This document shows, one piece after another, positions 25,848-34,176 of a stretch of DNA of 44,111 nt; within the stretch, counting starts at the first letter, position 1; each line of letters begins with the position of its first letter. The notes beneath the pieces are model-generated. The model was not told the DNA's origin. It saw nothing but the letters and a program-made list of their open reading frames with translations, and made no database searches. The stretch is taken from positions 1-44,111 of the forward strand of contig CAISUK010000193.1 of assembly GCA_903888645.1 (NCBI GenBank). Direction: 5' to 3'. A program made the translations under genes and the position numbers. Origin of the DNA: an uncultured Pseudomonadota bacterium (lineage in GTDB: Bacteria > Pseudomonadota > Gammaproteobacteria > Burkholderiales > Rhodocyclaceae).

Positions 25848-26276
25848 ATGGCAGACGCACTCCCCTCCCGTTCAGATGCTTTGGAACGACTCGCGCGCGA
25901 CTTGCCGTCCTTTACTGCCACCAAGCTGGTGGCCGGGATGCAGACGGTGACCAGTGCGGTGATGGCCAAAGGCGCCGTCGTCATCACTCGCCATGACCAG
26001 CCGACCATGGTGTTGGCGTCGGTTGACCGCTACCTGGCACTGGAGCAGGCGGCTGAGCCAAATCTTGACGCGCTGACCCGCCAGTTTGACGACATGTTCG
26101 CTCGGATGCAGGGTACATCGGCAGTACAAGGCATGGCCGACGCTTTCGCCATGACCACGCGCGCACTGGGTGAGGCCGCCATGAAGGCGGCTCATGGCAA
26201 ACCCACGGCGAAGTGGTGCGTCACGAGTTGCCCGAGTCCGCACGAGTTTGCGCTCATGATGGCGCCCCCTGACTAA
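25848..26276 (+). CDS. Phd/YefM-family antitoxin-like protein (solitary)
   Basis: Phd-type core KGAVVITRHDQPTMVLASVDRYLAL. 142 aa with a C-terminal extension. No toxin ORF adjacent. Confidence 0.65.
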   Translation: MADALPSRSDALERLARDLPSFTATKLVAGMQTVTSAVMAKGAVVITRHDQPTMVLASVDRYLALEQAAEPNLDALTRQFDDMFARMQGTSAVQGMADAFAMTTRALGEAAMKAAHGKPTAKWCVTSCPSPHEFALMMAPPD

Positions 26277-26463
26277 GGTCGGTGTCGAGATCAGGTAAGG
26301 CGCTTACGCTGAAATGCGGCAAGCCGTGGCGAATGGCCGGAACGAAGCTGCCCTTGTCAGGAAATTATGAGTTATCAGCGGTAAAAGGCTGCTTACGGTT
26401 TGACCATCCGTTTCAACGGCCTCTATATCTACATTTTAACCGGACTGCATGCCGTAAGGGGTT

Positions 26464-27375
26464 CTATATTTTGGCAAAGAAGCGCCGCAAGTGGTGGGAG
26501 ACTTCCATCGGCGCCTCCTCGGGCAGAAAGTGGCCGCAGTCGATTCCAGCCCCGGTCGCGAATTGTGCCTTCTCGCGCCATACCGCGAGCACGTCATAGT
26601 TGCGGCCGACAAATCCATTAGCTCCCCATAGTGCGAGGAGTGGGCAGCTTATCCGGTGGACTTCGTCTTCCCGATCATGCTCCAGGTCGATGCCGGCCGC
26701 CGCGCGGTAGTCGTCGCAACTGGCGCGGATGGCTTCCGGATCGGCAAAGCAGCGCACGTATTCGGCGAGAGCCTGCGGCGCAAAAGCCTTTTCGTTGCCA
26801 TGGCTCCAGCGAGACAGGCAACCGCGCAGCCAGGCTTCCGGGTCGGCACCGATCATGCGCTCGGGCAGCGGTGGCGCCTGAATCAGGAAGAACCAGTGAA
26901 AATATGCGGTGGCCAACGCTTGGTCAGTCAGTGCCAGTGTCGTCGACGTCGGCGCTATGTCCATCACACAGGCAGCAGTAACGCGTGCTGCGTGATCGAG
27001 ACAGAGGCGATGCACAACTCTCGCGCCACGGTCGTGGCCAGCAACATAAAACGTCTCATGGCCAAGAACCGTCATGAGATCCGCAATGTCCTGCGCCATT
27101 GCTCGCTTCGATTGGTTCGCGGCACGGGGAACCGAACGGGGCTTCCCGGAATCGCCGTAGCCTCGCAAGTCAGGAATGACGAGCGAGAAATTGTCAGCCA
27201 GCAGCGGCGCTACACGATGCCAGATGACGTGAGTCTGGGGATAGCCGTGCAGCAAAACAAGTGTTGGCTTGCCGGCATTTTCGCGGGCCAGAAAATGGAT
27301 GATCGTGCCATTCACCGGAATTTGCCGCGGGACAAAGGTCGAGTCGAACAGGGTCACAGTAGGCGTTGGGTACAC
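26464..27375 (-). CDS. Alpha/beta hydrolase, haloacetate dehalogenase H-1 / epoxide hydrolase-like
   Basis: [32 protein letters not shown] and nucleophile elbow [11 protein letters not shown] start. Confidence 0.8.
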   Translation of the reverse strand: MYPTPTVTLFDSTFVPRQIPVNGTIIHFLARENAGKPTLVLLHGYPQTHVIWHRVAPLLADNFSLVIPDLRGYGDSGKPRSVPRAANQSKRAMAQDIADLMTVLGHETFYVAGHDRGARVVHRLCLDHAARVTAACVMDIAPTSTTLALTDQALATAYFHWFFLIQAPPLPERMIGADPEAWLRGCLSRWSHGNEKAFAPQALAEYVRCFADPEAIRASCDDYRAAAGIDLEHDREDEVHRISCPLLALWGANGFVGRNYDVLAVWREKAQFATGAGIDCGHFLPEEAPMEVSHHLRRFFAKI

Positions 27376-27505
27376 AATTTAGCGAGACGGGCTGACCCTA
27401 GTTTAGGGCATCCCAAACTAAACGCGCAATTCAGCAATCCGAAGGTGCGCTGGAGAAACTGCGATTAAGCAACGGCTACGCCGTTAACAACAGTATTGTT
27501 CAACA

Positions 27506-27958
27506 TTAATCAGAGTTGATTACAAGTCGGTTTTGGATGTTGCTATAAGCCATCGCCACAACGTCTTTTAGACGATGTCGTACATGATTGAGCGCTGCAA
27601 TGTTGTCTGAGAGGCCATTGTCTAAAACTCCAATAATGACATCAGTCGTACTGTCAATTAGACCGTTGAAGTGCTCAAGGGAGATTTTGAGATAGAGGTG
27701 ATTGACTATGGCCTCTTGGAGCATGATCTTCGTGACGATTGGATTCTGAATGATGGCCATCAAGCTGTAAATGGTCTGCGTCACCATCTCGCCTTCCATC
27801 TCTTTGGCTTTGTTTAAGCTCAGTTCGGTAAATGTTGCTCTAACCTGCGGATACTTAGCGTAGTAATTTTCCATTACAGGTTTAGTGATATCTCCGAGGT
27901 TCTCGGCAGCGAGACCAAGTGCTTCTTCTATCAGATTAATGTCTTGGGTAGGATTCAC
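27506..27958 (-). CDS. Globin-like protein
   Basis: 150 aa, AT-rich gene. N-terminal ENLGDITKPVMENYYAKYPQVRATF resembles the bacterial globin-family A/B helices. GTG start with AAGGAAA upstream. Confidence 0.5.
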   Translation of the reverse strand: MNPTQDINLIEEALGLAAENLGDITKPVMENYYAKYPQVRATFTELSLNKAKEMEGEMVTQTIYSLMAIIQNPIVTKIMLQEAIVNHLYLKISLEHFNGLIDSTTDVIIGVLDNGLSDNIAALNHVRHRLKDVVAMAYSNIQNRLVINSD

Positions 27959-27987
27959 GATATATTTTCCTTTTGTGCTGCCAATTA

Positions 27988-27995
27988 AAAAAACT
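27988..27995. repeat. Target-site duplication AAAAAACT (left copy)
   Basis: Identical 8-mer abuts both ends of the ISL3 element. Confidence 0.85.
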
Positions 27996-29492
27996 GGCTC
28001 TTTTGAATTTTGAGTGGGTTAAGCGGCATGGGGGTTGATCTTGCTGAAGTCGAGTTTGCCGGCGAGGAGGAATACGACGGTGCGGATCGTGGAGAAATTG
28101 CCATAGCCACGTGCCTTGCGCTTGGCGGCCTGGAACAGGCCGTTGATGGCTTCGAGGAAGCCGTTGGTCTGGCGCGTTTGGGACCATGTGACGATGCCAT
28201 CGAGATGGTTACGGATCATCTTCGCCACCTCCTTCATCGGTTCGACTTTAGAGCGCATCACATTGGTGGTCCATTGCGTGAGCATGTCGCGCACGACATT
28301 GACCTGCTTACGCTCCAGAATCTCGCGCAGCTGCTCCTTGTAGAGCCAGGCGCGGGCCGTGCGTTTGGTGGTCACTTGCGCGATGAGCGCATCCAGATCG
28401 GCACGGGCATCCGGCGCGAGACTAGCGCGATCCCGCAGGAGCTTCCAACGCAAGCCCTTCAAGCTCGGATCGGTCTTCTGCTCGATACGCCGGGTCTTGT
28501 CGACGGCGGTGCTCGCGTGGGCGATGACATGGAATTTGTCGAAGGTAATCCGGGCGTTGGGCAGGTGCTTGGTGACGCCCTTGATGAAGGCCGGCGACAT
28601 GTCGATGGAAATGGACTCGACGGTCTGCGGATCACCGCCGTGGGCAGTGAAGTCGGCGGCGAATGCCTTGATCGTGTCAGCATCCCGCCCTTCGGTGACG
28701 AACAGCACCCGGCGCAGGTCGGCATCGGCTACCAAAGTAATGTAGTCATGCCCGCGGGCCTTGGATGTCTCGTCGGCCGCCAAGCGTTTGACCGCCGAGA
28801 AGTCCGCCTGGTCCAGTCCCAGCGCGACGTAACGCTTGCAGATCGCCACGACCTGATGCCAAGACAAGCCCACCAGCCGGGACACCGCGGCGAAGGTCAT
28901 TTCCCGGCACATCGCCATGATCAGCGCCTCGAAGAGCAGGGTAAAGCCAGCGAGCCGTCCGGCCCAATCCGGTTCGACCTGCCGAATGCCGCCATCGGGC
29001 AAGCGCACACGCGGGACGCGAACTTCCAGATGGCACTCATGCTGAAAGAAGTTCAAGTGCCGGTAGCGCTTGATCACGGTGTCGTGCGCTGGATGCACGC
29101 CCTCGATGCCCGAGACGGCAAAGCGGCTGCCGGCGATGAAGTCGACGGCAATGGCCAAGGTCTTCTTCGCGACGTCGAACTCGACACCGTTGATGTACCA
29201 CGGCGAGGTAATGCCCAGGGCGGCTTCGAACAACTTGGCGGTCATGTCGCGGTCACTCAAGTTTCACAGGGGGCGCGCATCTTACCCACGCGCTCGGTTT
29301 GGCAATCGCCGCGTTGTCTCCATGGCTGGATGAACAACCCCGCTGCATCCAGCCACGGGACAGCGTATCGGCCGATTCCAGGCGTCAAGGGTGCGCTTCG
29401 CCGGGCTGCGATAACCCCGCAGCCCGCCCTTGACCCCCGGCCTCGGCCTACCAGCGTCGTCACGCATTACCCACTCAAAATTCAAAAGAGGC
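27996..29492 (-). mobile_element. ISL3-family insertion sequence, 1497 bp, apparently intact
   Basis: 24-bp terminal inverted repeats GGCTCTTTTGAATTTTGAGTGGGT / GCCTCTTTTGAATTTTGAGTGGGT (1 mismatch). Single transposase ORF and an 8-bp direct repeat of the target. Confidence 0.9.
28019..29260 (-). CDS. ISL3-family transposase
   Basis: 413 aa. Blocks GITSPWYINGVEFD, RYRHLNFFQHECHLEVRVPRVRLPDG, ISIDMSPAFIKG and NGFLEAINGLFQAAKRKARGY are characteristic of ISL3 transposases. Confidence 0.9.
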   Translation of the reverse strand: MSDRDMTAKLFEAALGITSPWYINGVEFDVAKKTLAIAVDFIAGSRFAVSGIEGVHPAHDTVIKRYRHLNFFQHECHLEVRVPRVRLPDGGIRQVEPDWAGRLAGFTLLFEALIMAMCREMTFAAVSRLVGLSWHQVVAICKRYVALGLDQADFSAVKRLAADETSKARGHDYITLVADADLRRVLFVTEGRDADTIKAFAADFTAHGGDPQTVESISIDMSPAFIKGVTKHLPNARITFDKFHVIAHASTAVDKTRRIEQKTDPSLKGLRWKLLRDRASLAPDARADLDALIAQVTTKRTARAWLYKEQLREILERKQVNVVRDMLTQWTTNVMRSKVEPMKEVAKMIRNHLDGIVTWSQTRQTNGFLEAINGLFQAAKRKARGYGNFSTIRTVVFLLAGKLDFSKINPHAA

Positions 29493-29500
29493 AAAAAACT
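29493..29500. repeat. Target-site duplication AAAAAACT (right copy)
   Basis: Identical to 27988-27995. Confidence 0.85.
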
Positions 29501-29685
29501 GGACATGTGAGTTATTTGATATCGCTTGATGGCTGAGCGAATGAAGTGGCTATGGGCATAGTTACCCCATTTCTGGTGGGTCGATATTGCTGGCTTCAGC
29601 GTTCTTATCTGTCATGGTCAAGCTGTCCTTTCATTTAAGATAACCGCCAGCATCGGCTGTCGAAGAGGTAGTTGAAAAACGATTC

Positions 29686-29715
29686 TTGGATAGAAAACAA
29701 GCGATTGTTTATAAT
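29686..29715 (+). promoter_or_regulatory. Orphan promoter with embedded AAACAA-GCGA-TTGTTT palindrome
   Basis: -35 TTGGAT (29686-29691), 18-nt spacer, perfect -10 TATAAT (29710-29715). The palindrome at 29695-29710 lies in the spacer. No intact gene lies downstream; the IS66 remnant starts ~29787. Confidence 0.45.
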
Positions 29716-29786
29716 ACTCGGTGCAAGCTGTTAAAAAATTGATTTGTATCAAGAAAATGAATCGGCTCGTGAATATTAGGTAATGT

Positions 29787-30374
29787 GTACAAAAAGTCGT
29801 TCCGCCACGGGGTGACGGAACTGGCCTGTCTGGCGCATTGCCGACGAAAGTCCTTCGACCTGCAGGCGGCAGGTGGTCATCGATGGCGGAGGAGGGATTG
29901 CGGCGCATCGGCGAACTCTATGCCATCTAAGCGCAGGCCAAGGATGGTGGCCCTGATGCGCGCTTGGTGCTGCGCCAGCAGGCGTCCTTGCCGCGATTGC
30001 AGGCACTGCTTGAATGGCTGATCGCGCAGCGCTTGAGGACAGCCGACGCCAGTGGTCTGGCGCATGCCATCGACAACACTTTGAAGCGCTGGCGGGCGCA
30101 GATTTGCTATGTCGATAGCGGCATCTGGCCGATCGACAACAACATGGTGGAGAACGCCATCCGCCCGATCACCCTGGGGCGCCGCAATTGGCTCTTTACC
30201 GACTAGGAACTGGCGGGCTGTCCCGCCGCCGCGATTCAGAGCCTGCTCGCAACCGCCAACCTCAATGGGCTGGAACCCTATGCCTGGCTCAAGGATACTT
30301 TGGAAAAACTGCCAGCTTGGCCTTATAGCCGGATCGATGCGTTGTTGCCACTCGCGAAAATAAACGCCGAATAA
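29787..30374 (+). pseudogene. IS66-family transposase, C-terminal remnant
   Basis: GVTELACLAHCRRKSFDL, EEGLRRIGELYAI, IWPIDNNMVENAIRPITLGRRNWLF and NGLEPYAWLKDTLEKLPAWP blocks. 5'-truncated, with a frameshift near 29880 and in-frame TAA (29928) and TAG (30204). Confidence 0.8.
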
Positions 30375-30434
30375 CTCGGCTGGTTTGGTAGATCACTTAC
30401 GAAAGGGACATCCTGAGGGAACAAAAAGGGACAG

Positions 30435-30760
30435 TTGGAGTCGGACTCGCCGGTAGTACCCGGGGTGTGGCTACGACTACGCCACACACTGAAGGCGATC
30501 CAACTGAAGCACTGGAAGCGAGGTGGCGCGATCTACCGGGAACTGATCAACCTTGGAGCGGCTGTAGCACGTAGCTCAGAGGGTAGCGTGAAACCCTCGC
30601 TGGGCGGCGGAACAGCAAAGGCAACATCAAGCGGGTACTGACCATTGCCAAATTCGACAAAAGTGGTTAGCCCCATCTCTTATGACCTCAACGACTCGAA
30701 CTGCCGGGTGCGGACCCGCATGCTGAGTGGTGTGGCAGGCAGGTGTTCGGCCTGCAGTGG
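30435..30760 (+). pseudogene. Group II intron reverse transcriptase/maturase, C-terminal remnant
   Basis: LRLRHTLKAIQLKHWKRGGAIYRELINLGA matches the maturase C-terminus (..RRRLR..QWKRGRT.YRELR.LG). Frameshifted afterwards. A ..RVRTRM.SGV.GR tail is also seen. Confidence 0.5.
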
Positions 30761-30784
30761 CCGTCCCCTATGCCGTTTGTCATC

Positions 30785-31030
30785 GGAATTTACAGTCTGA
30801 AGCCCCTCCATTCGGGGTTTCATCATGAGCCTACGTTAGATCAAGAATCGCGGCTCATTTCCCAAAGACGACGTAGTGCGCAAAGTGTTTTATCGGGCGC
30901 TCAGCAACATCAGCCGGAAATATGCAATGCCGATTGATCACTGTAAGGCTGCGATGTTCGCTTTATTATTCAGTTCGAAGGCCAGATAACACAACATCTA
31001 ATTCCAAACCTGTTTACACATATTCGGGAC
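30785..31030 (+). pseudogene. IS256-family transposase, C-terminal remnant
   Basis: IKNRGSFPKDDVVRKVFYRALSNISRKYAMPIDHCKAAMFALLF matches the IS256 transposase C-terminus (..FP.DDSV.K..YLA...ISKKW.MPI.NW). An in-frame stop and a frameshift lie upstream. Stop at 30987-30989. Confidence 0.6.
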
Positions 31031-31034
31031 AGCC

Positions 31035-31724
31035 TCACCGTCGTTTTTTTGAGGTCTGTTTTTTCACGCTAGCATCTGAGCGAAGGCCCTGTAGTAGGGT
31101 ATCTGCCATCTTGTCTCCGACTTCTTCTGCAGTCATTGTGCCTGTGGCGGAATACCACTCTATGGTCCAATTCAGTGCGCCGAGAATCGAAAACACCGTA
31201 ACCCGCATGTCAAGATCGGCCCTGAAATCACCAGACTCGATCCCCTGTGTCAGTATGTTAGTGAATGATTGCGCATACTGACGCCGCATTTCAACAGCGC
31301 GGGTGCGATTTTCACCGGACAAATAGCGCCACTGTTGGAAAACAACACTATACTTTTTCAAGTTTTCTGAAATTGCTGTCATGTGAGCTTTAATAGCACT
31401 GCGCATTCGAGCTTCAGGGGGTTCTAGAGAAGCAGCGATATTGGACTCAATGGACAGAAATCGCTTAATGCCAGATTCGACAATTTCTAGAAGTAGTGCT
31501 TCTTTGCTATCAATGTGAGCGTAAAGACTGCCTGGAAGAATCCCGACTTTCTTTGCAATGTCTCGCATCGAAGTTGCGGTGTAACCGTTTTCTCCGAAGA
31601 GCTCAATGGCTGCTTTATATATTGCCATCCGTGGTCCGGATGCTTCTTGAGGTGCATTGACTTTAGGCGTGACCAAAAAAATGTCCTCCAGAGCAGGGAG
31701 TATGAGCTTAACATTATGAGGCAT
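31035..31724 (-). CDS. TetR-family transcriptional regulator
   Basis: HTH block IYKAAIELFGENGYTATSMRDIAKKVGILPGSLYAHIDSKEALL. 229 aa. Confidence 0.9.
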   Translation of the reverse strand: MPHNVKLILPALEDIFLVTPKVNAPQEASGPRMAIYKAAIELFGENGYTATSMRDIAKKVGILPGSLYAHIDSKEALLLEIVESGIKRFLSIESNIAASLEPPEARMRSAIKAHMTAISENLKKYSVVFQQWRYLSGENRTRAVEMRRQYAQSFTNILTQGIESGDFRADLDMRVTVFSILGALNWTIEWYSATGTMTAEEVGDKMADTLLQGLRSDASVKKQTSKKRR

Positions 31725-32213
31725 TACTGTCCAGAGAGTGAGCGGAGCTCAGGCCATGGGACATCACAACGGTCGAATGTCTAGCTTTTTTCTGATATTG
31801 CCAACCCAACGTGCTTGCTGTGTTTCTTGCGGGCAATGGCAAAGCCGATTTGGTGCAAGCCCTGAAGCCCTTGTTGCGTATCAATACTTTTTTTGTACGG
31901 GCGGCAGTATGGCGCTGGCGGCAGCCACAAAGAGCTCTGTGTTGATCATCGGCCCGTCAATGCTTCCGCTGGTCTGGGTGTGGTGACCGGCGTGTTTCAT
32001 ATCCAGAGCGTATAAAAGCCTACGATAGCCGTCTGACAACATGTTCCGTGGCTTCAACGGTGTCGCTTCCAAATGTCTTGACTCTTATCTTGACCGGTTT
32101 CGGATCCTCGACGGATCCAGTTCTTCGGGCTGAAACTCTCGTGATTTCTTGGCATTGGCTGCTGGGGGCTAACAACATGTCGTCAATTGACTCGAGCCGC
32201 GCCTAAAAGATTG

Positions 32214-32273
32214 TTGACAAGCTTTGTATCAATGAAGTAGCATTCAAAAAAATAAAAACAAGTGATTGTTTTT
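32214..32273 (+). promoter_or_regulatory. Candidate promoter of the P450 operon with downstream 20-bp palindrome (putative TetR operator)
   Basis: -35 TTGACA (32214-32219), 18-nt spacer, -10 TAGCAT (32238-32243). Palindrome AAAAACAA-GTGA-TTGTTTTT at 32254-32273. Confidence 0.55.
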
Positions 32274-32318
32274 TTATCGCATCAAGTTTTTAAACCTAAA
32301 ACTAGGAAGGAGATTGGA

Positions 32319-33560
32319 ATGAATCAGAGGAGCGTTGCGGTGCTAGTCGAAGCGGGGGCGCCAACGGAGGAGGAATTGAAGGGCGAGTTTGGCCGGGACA
32401 TATACCGTGATTTTGACTACGATGATCCGAGATTCAATACCCAGTTCAATGAGGTGCTGGAGTCTCATCTGCAGCATTGTCCGGTGGCACGAAGCAATGT
32501 CGGGACTGGTTTCTGGTGGGTCAGCCGTAACGAAGATGTACGCAAGTGTGCCCAGGACTGGAAGACGTTTTCCAATGCGGGCGGATACCAACCGAATCGT
32601 CCTGACGGTCTGCCTTATCTCTATCCGGAAGAGTCTGATCCTCCGCGCCACACGGCGTGGCGGAATGCCCTGAATCCCCACCTCAGCCCGACGACGGTTG
32701 CTGGCTACGAAGATGCCATTCGCAGCGATTGCAACGAGCTGATCGATAACTTCATCAACAAGGGCGAGTGCGAATTCATCAGTGAATTTGGTGCAGTGGT
32801 ACCCGGCTGGGCGTTCTTCAAGAACATCCTCGGCGTGCCAATCAAAGACCTAAAAATGCTGGTCGATGGCGTTGAAATGGGTACCTTCGCTGCACCGGAA
32901 GAGCGTGCCCATCACATGGGCATCGTCTTTGAGTATCTGGGCAACTATCTGACCCAGCGCTCGAAAGAAGGTCCTCGTGGCGACATGGTGGATACCATTC
33001 TCAAAGGCGTGACCTACGAAGATGGAACCGAAGCCCCTTGGGACCACAAACTGAGCGTCCTGGTGGATATCTGCTTTGGCGGCATTGCCACCACCACCTA
33101 TGTGATGGCGTCTGCACTACATCATCTGGCCACGCATCCGGCAGACCGCAAGTTGCTGGCAGAAAATTTGAGCATGATGCCCAATGCAATTGAAGAATTT
33201 GCTCGTGTGTTTCCGCCGATTGTTGGTATCGGACGCACCTGTACCCGTGATGTAAGCGTAGCGGGCACCGACATGAAAAAGGGTGACTTCCTGATGCTCG
33301 CTTATTCGGCCAGCTCCCGCGACCCCCGAGCGATTGAAAACGCCGCCACGGTGGACATTACCCGAGACAATGTACTTCATACGACGTTCGGTGCCGGTCC
33401 TCACCGCTGCATTGGCTCAAATCTGGCCCGCCTCGAACTCCGCATCGTCATGGAAGAATGGCTCAAGCGCATTCCTGAGTTCTCCCTGAAACCGGGCACC
33501 AAGCCAGAATATCTGACCGGCTTCCTGCGCTCCATTCGCAAACTTGAGTTTGTGTTCTGA
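32319..33560 (+). CDS. Cytochrome P450 monooxygenase
   Basis: Heme-binding loop FGAGPHRCIGSNLA and I-helix-like CFGGIATTT. GGAAGGAG RBS before ATG 32319. Confidence 0.9.
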   Translation: MNQRSVAVLVEAGAPTEEELKGEFGRDIYRDFDYDDPRFNTQFNEVLESHLQHCPVARSNVGTGFWWVSRNEDVRKCAQDWKTFSNAGGYQPNRPDGLPYLYPEESDPPRHTAWRNALNPHLSPTTVAGYEDAIRSDCNELIDNFINKGECEFISEFGAVVPGWAFFKNILGVPIKDLKMLVDGVEMGTFAAPEERAHHMGIVFEYLGNYLTQRSKEGPRGDMVDTILKGVTYEDGTEAPWDHKLSVLVDICFGGIATTTYVMASALHHLATHPADRKLLAENLSMMPNAIEEFARVFPPIVGIGRTCTRDVSVAGTDMKKGDFLMLAYSASSRDPRAIENAATVDITRDNVLHTTFGAGPHRCIGSNLARLELRIVMEEWLKRIPEFSLKPGTKPEYLTGFLRSIRKLEFVF

Positions 33561-33564
33561 CCAC

Positions 33565-34086
33565 ATGGTAACCGCCACCGCCCGCCAATCCGCCACGAGA
33601 AGCAATGAAGAGTCGCCAGTGAGTCTGACGCGCGACAAGTTGCAAGCGGTGATTGAAACCTGCGAATTCGACCGCTGGATGAATCTGAAGGTTGAGGCAC
33701 TGGACGACATAACGCTGACCATGCGCTTGCCGTTCCGCCCCGAGATCGTGGGCACACCAAAGGTCGATCGACTTCATGGGGGCGTAGTTGCGAGCTTGAT
33801 CGACGCGGCCGGTTGCTATCTGCTGATCGCGCTTCTGAACAAGCGGGTGTCGACGATCAATCTCGTAGTCGATTTCCTACGCCCCGCACATGGCGAACTG
33901 ATCGCTGTCGCGCGAATGGTCAAGATGGGGCGTAGGGTCTGCAACCTTACAGTCGAGGTGACCGGGGCGGATGGCAAGCTTGCCGCCACTGGGCGCCTAA
34001 CCATCGTGCCATCAAATGTGACTGTAGGTGAAGAAGACCACATGATCAGATCAACTACCTCAAGTGGTTCCGAGAAGAGCAGTTAA
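33565..34086 (+). CDS. PaaI/hotdog-fold thioesterase
   Basis: LHGGVVASLIDAAGC...INLVVDFLRPA...GRRVCNLTVEV pattern of PaaI-type thioesterases. ATG lies 4 nt after the P450 stop. Confidence 0.75.
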   Translation: MVTATARQSATRSNEESPVSLTRDKLQAVIETCEFDRWMNLKVEALDDITLTMRLPFRPEIVGTPKVDRLHGGVVASLIDAAGCYLLIALLNKRVSTINLVVDFLRPAHGELIAVARMVKMGRRVCNLTVEVTGADGKLAATGRLTIVPSNVTVGEEDHMIRSTTSSGSEKSS

Positions 34087-34176
34087 GGCGGGCGTAGTGG
34101 CTTTGCACCGCGACATAGTCGAACTCTACTGCCGTGCGAGATGCTCGGCACCAAACAAATTAAAAGGAAAACTGAA

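Larger units (their letters stand above)
1..26300. mobile_element. Integrative conjugative element arm, MPF-G class (ICEclc/PFGI-1/PAPI-1/ICEHin1056 lineage); left end outside window, right end approximate
   Basis: Co-linear TraC-, TraV-, TraB-, TraK-, TraE-, TraL-like, pilin-like, DUF4400, TraD and TraI-like genes plus DUF932, DUF1845-like and AlpA. Base composition visibly changes after ~26.3 kb. No att repeat or tRNA identified by eye. Confidence 0.8.

Noticed and set aside
26282-26599. 105-aa plus-strand ORF as the toxin partner of the Phd-like antitoxin
   Set aside because: It has a GTG start without an RBS and a highly basic, low-complexity translation. It runs antisense into the hydrolase gene and resembles no known toxin fold motifs.
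28010-29536. 508-aa plus-strand ORF covering the whole ISL3 element
   Set aside because: It is the antisense shadow of the transposase gene and extends through both terminal inverted repeats.
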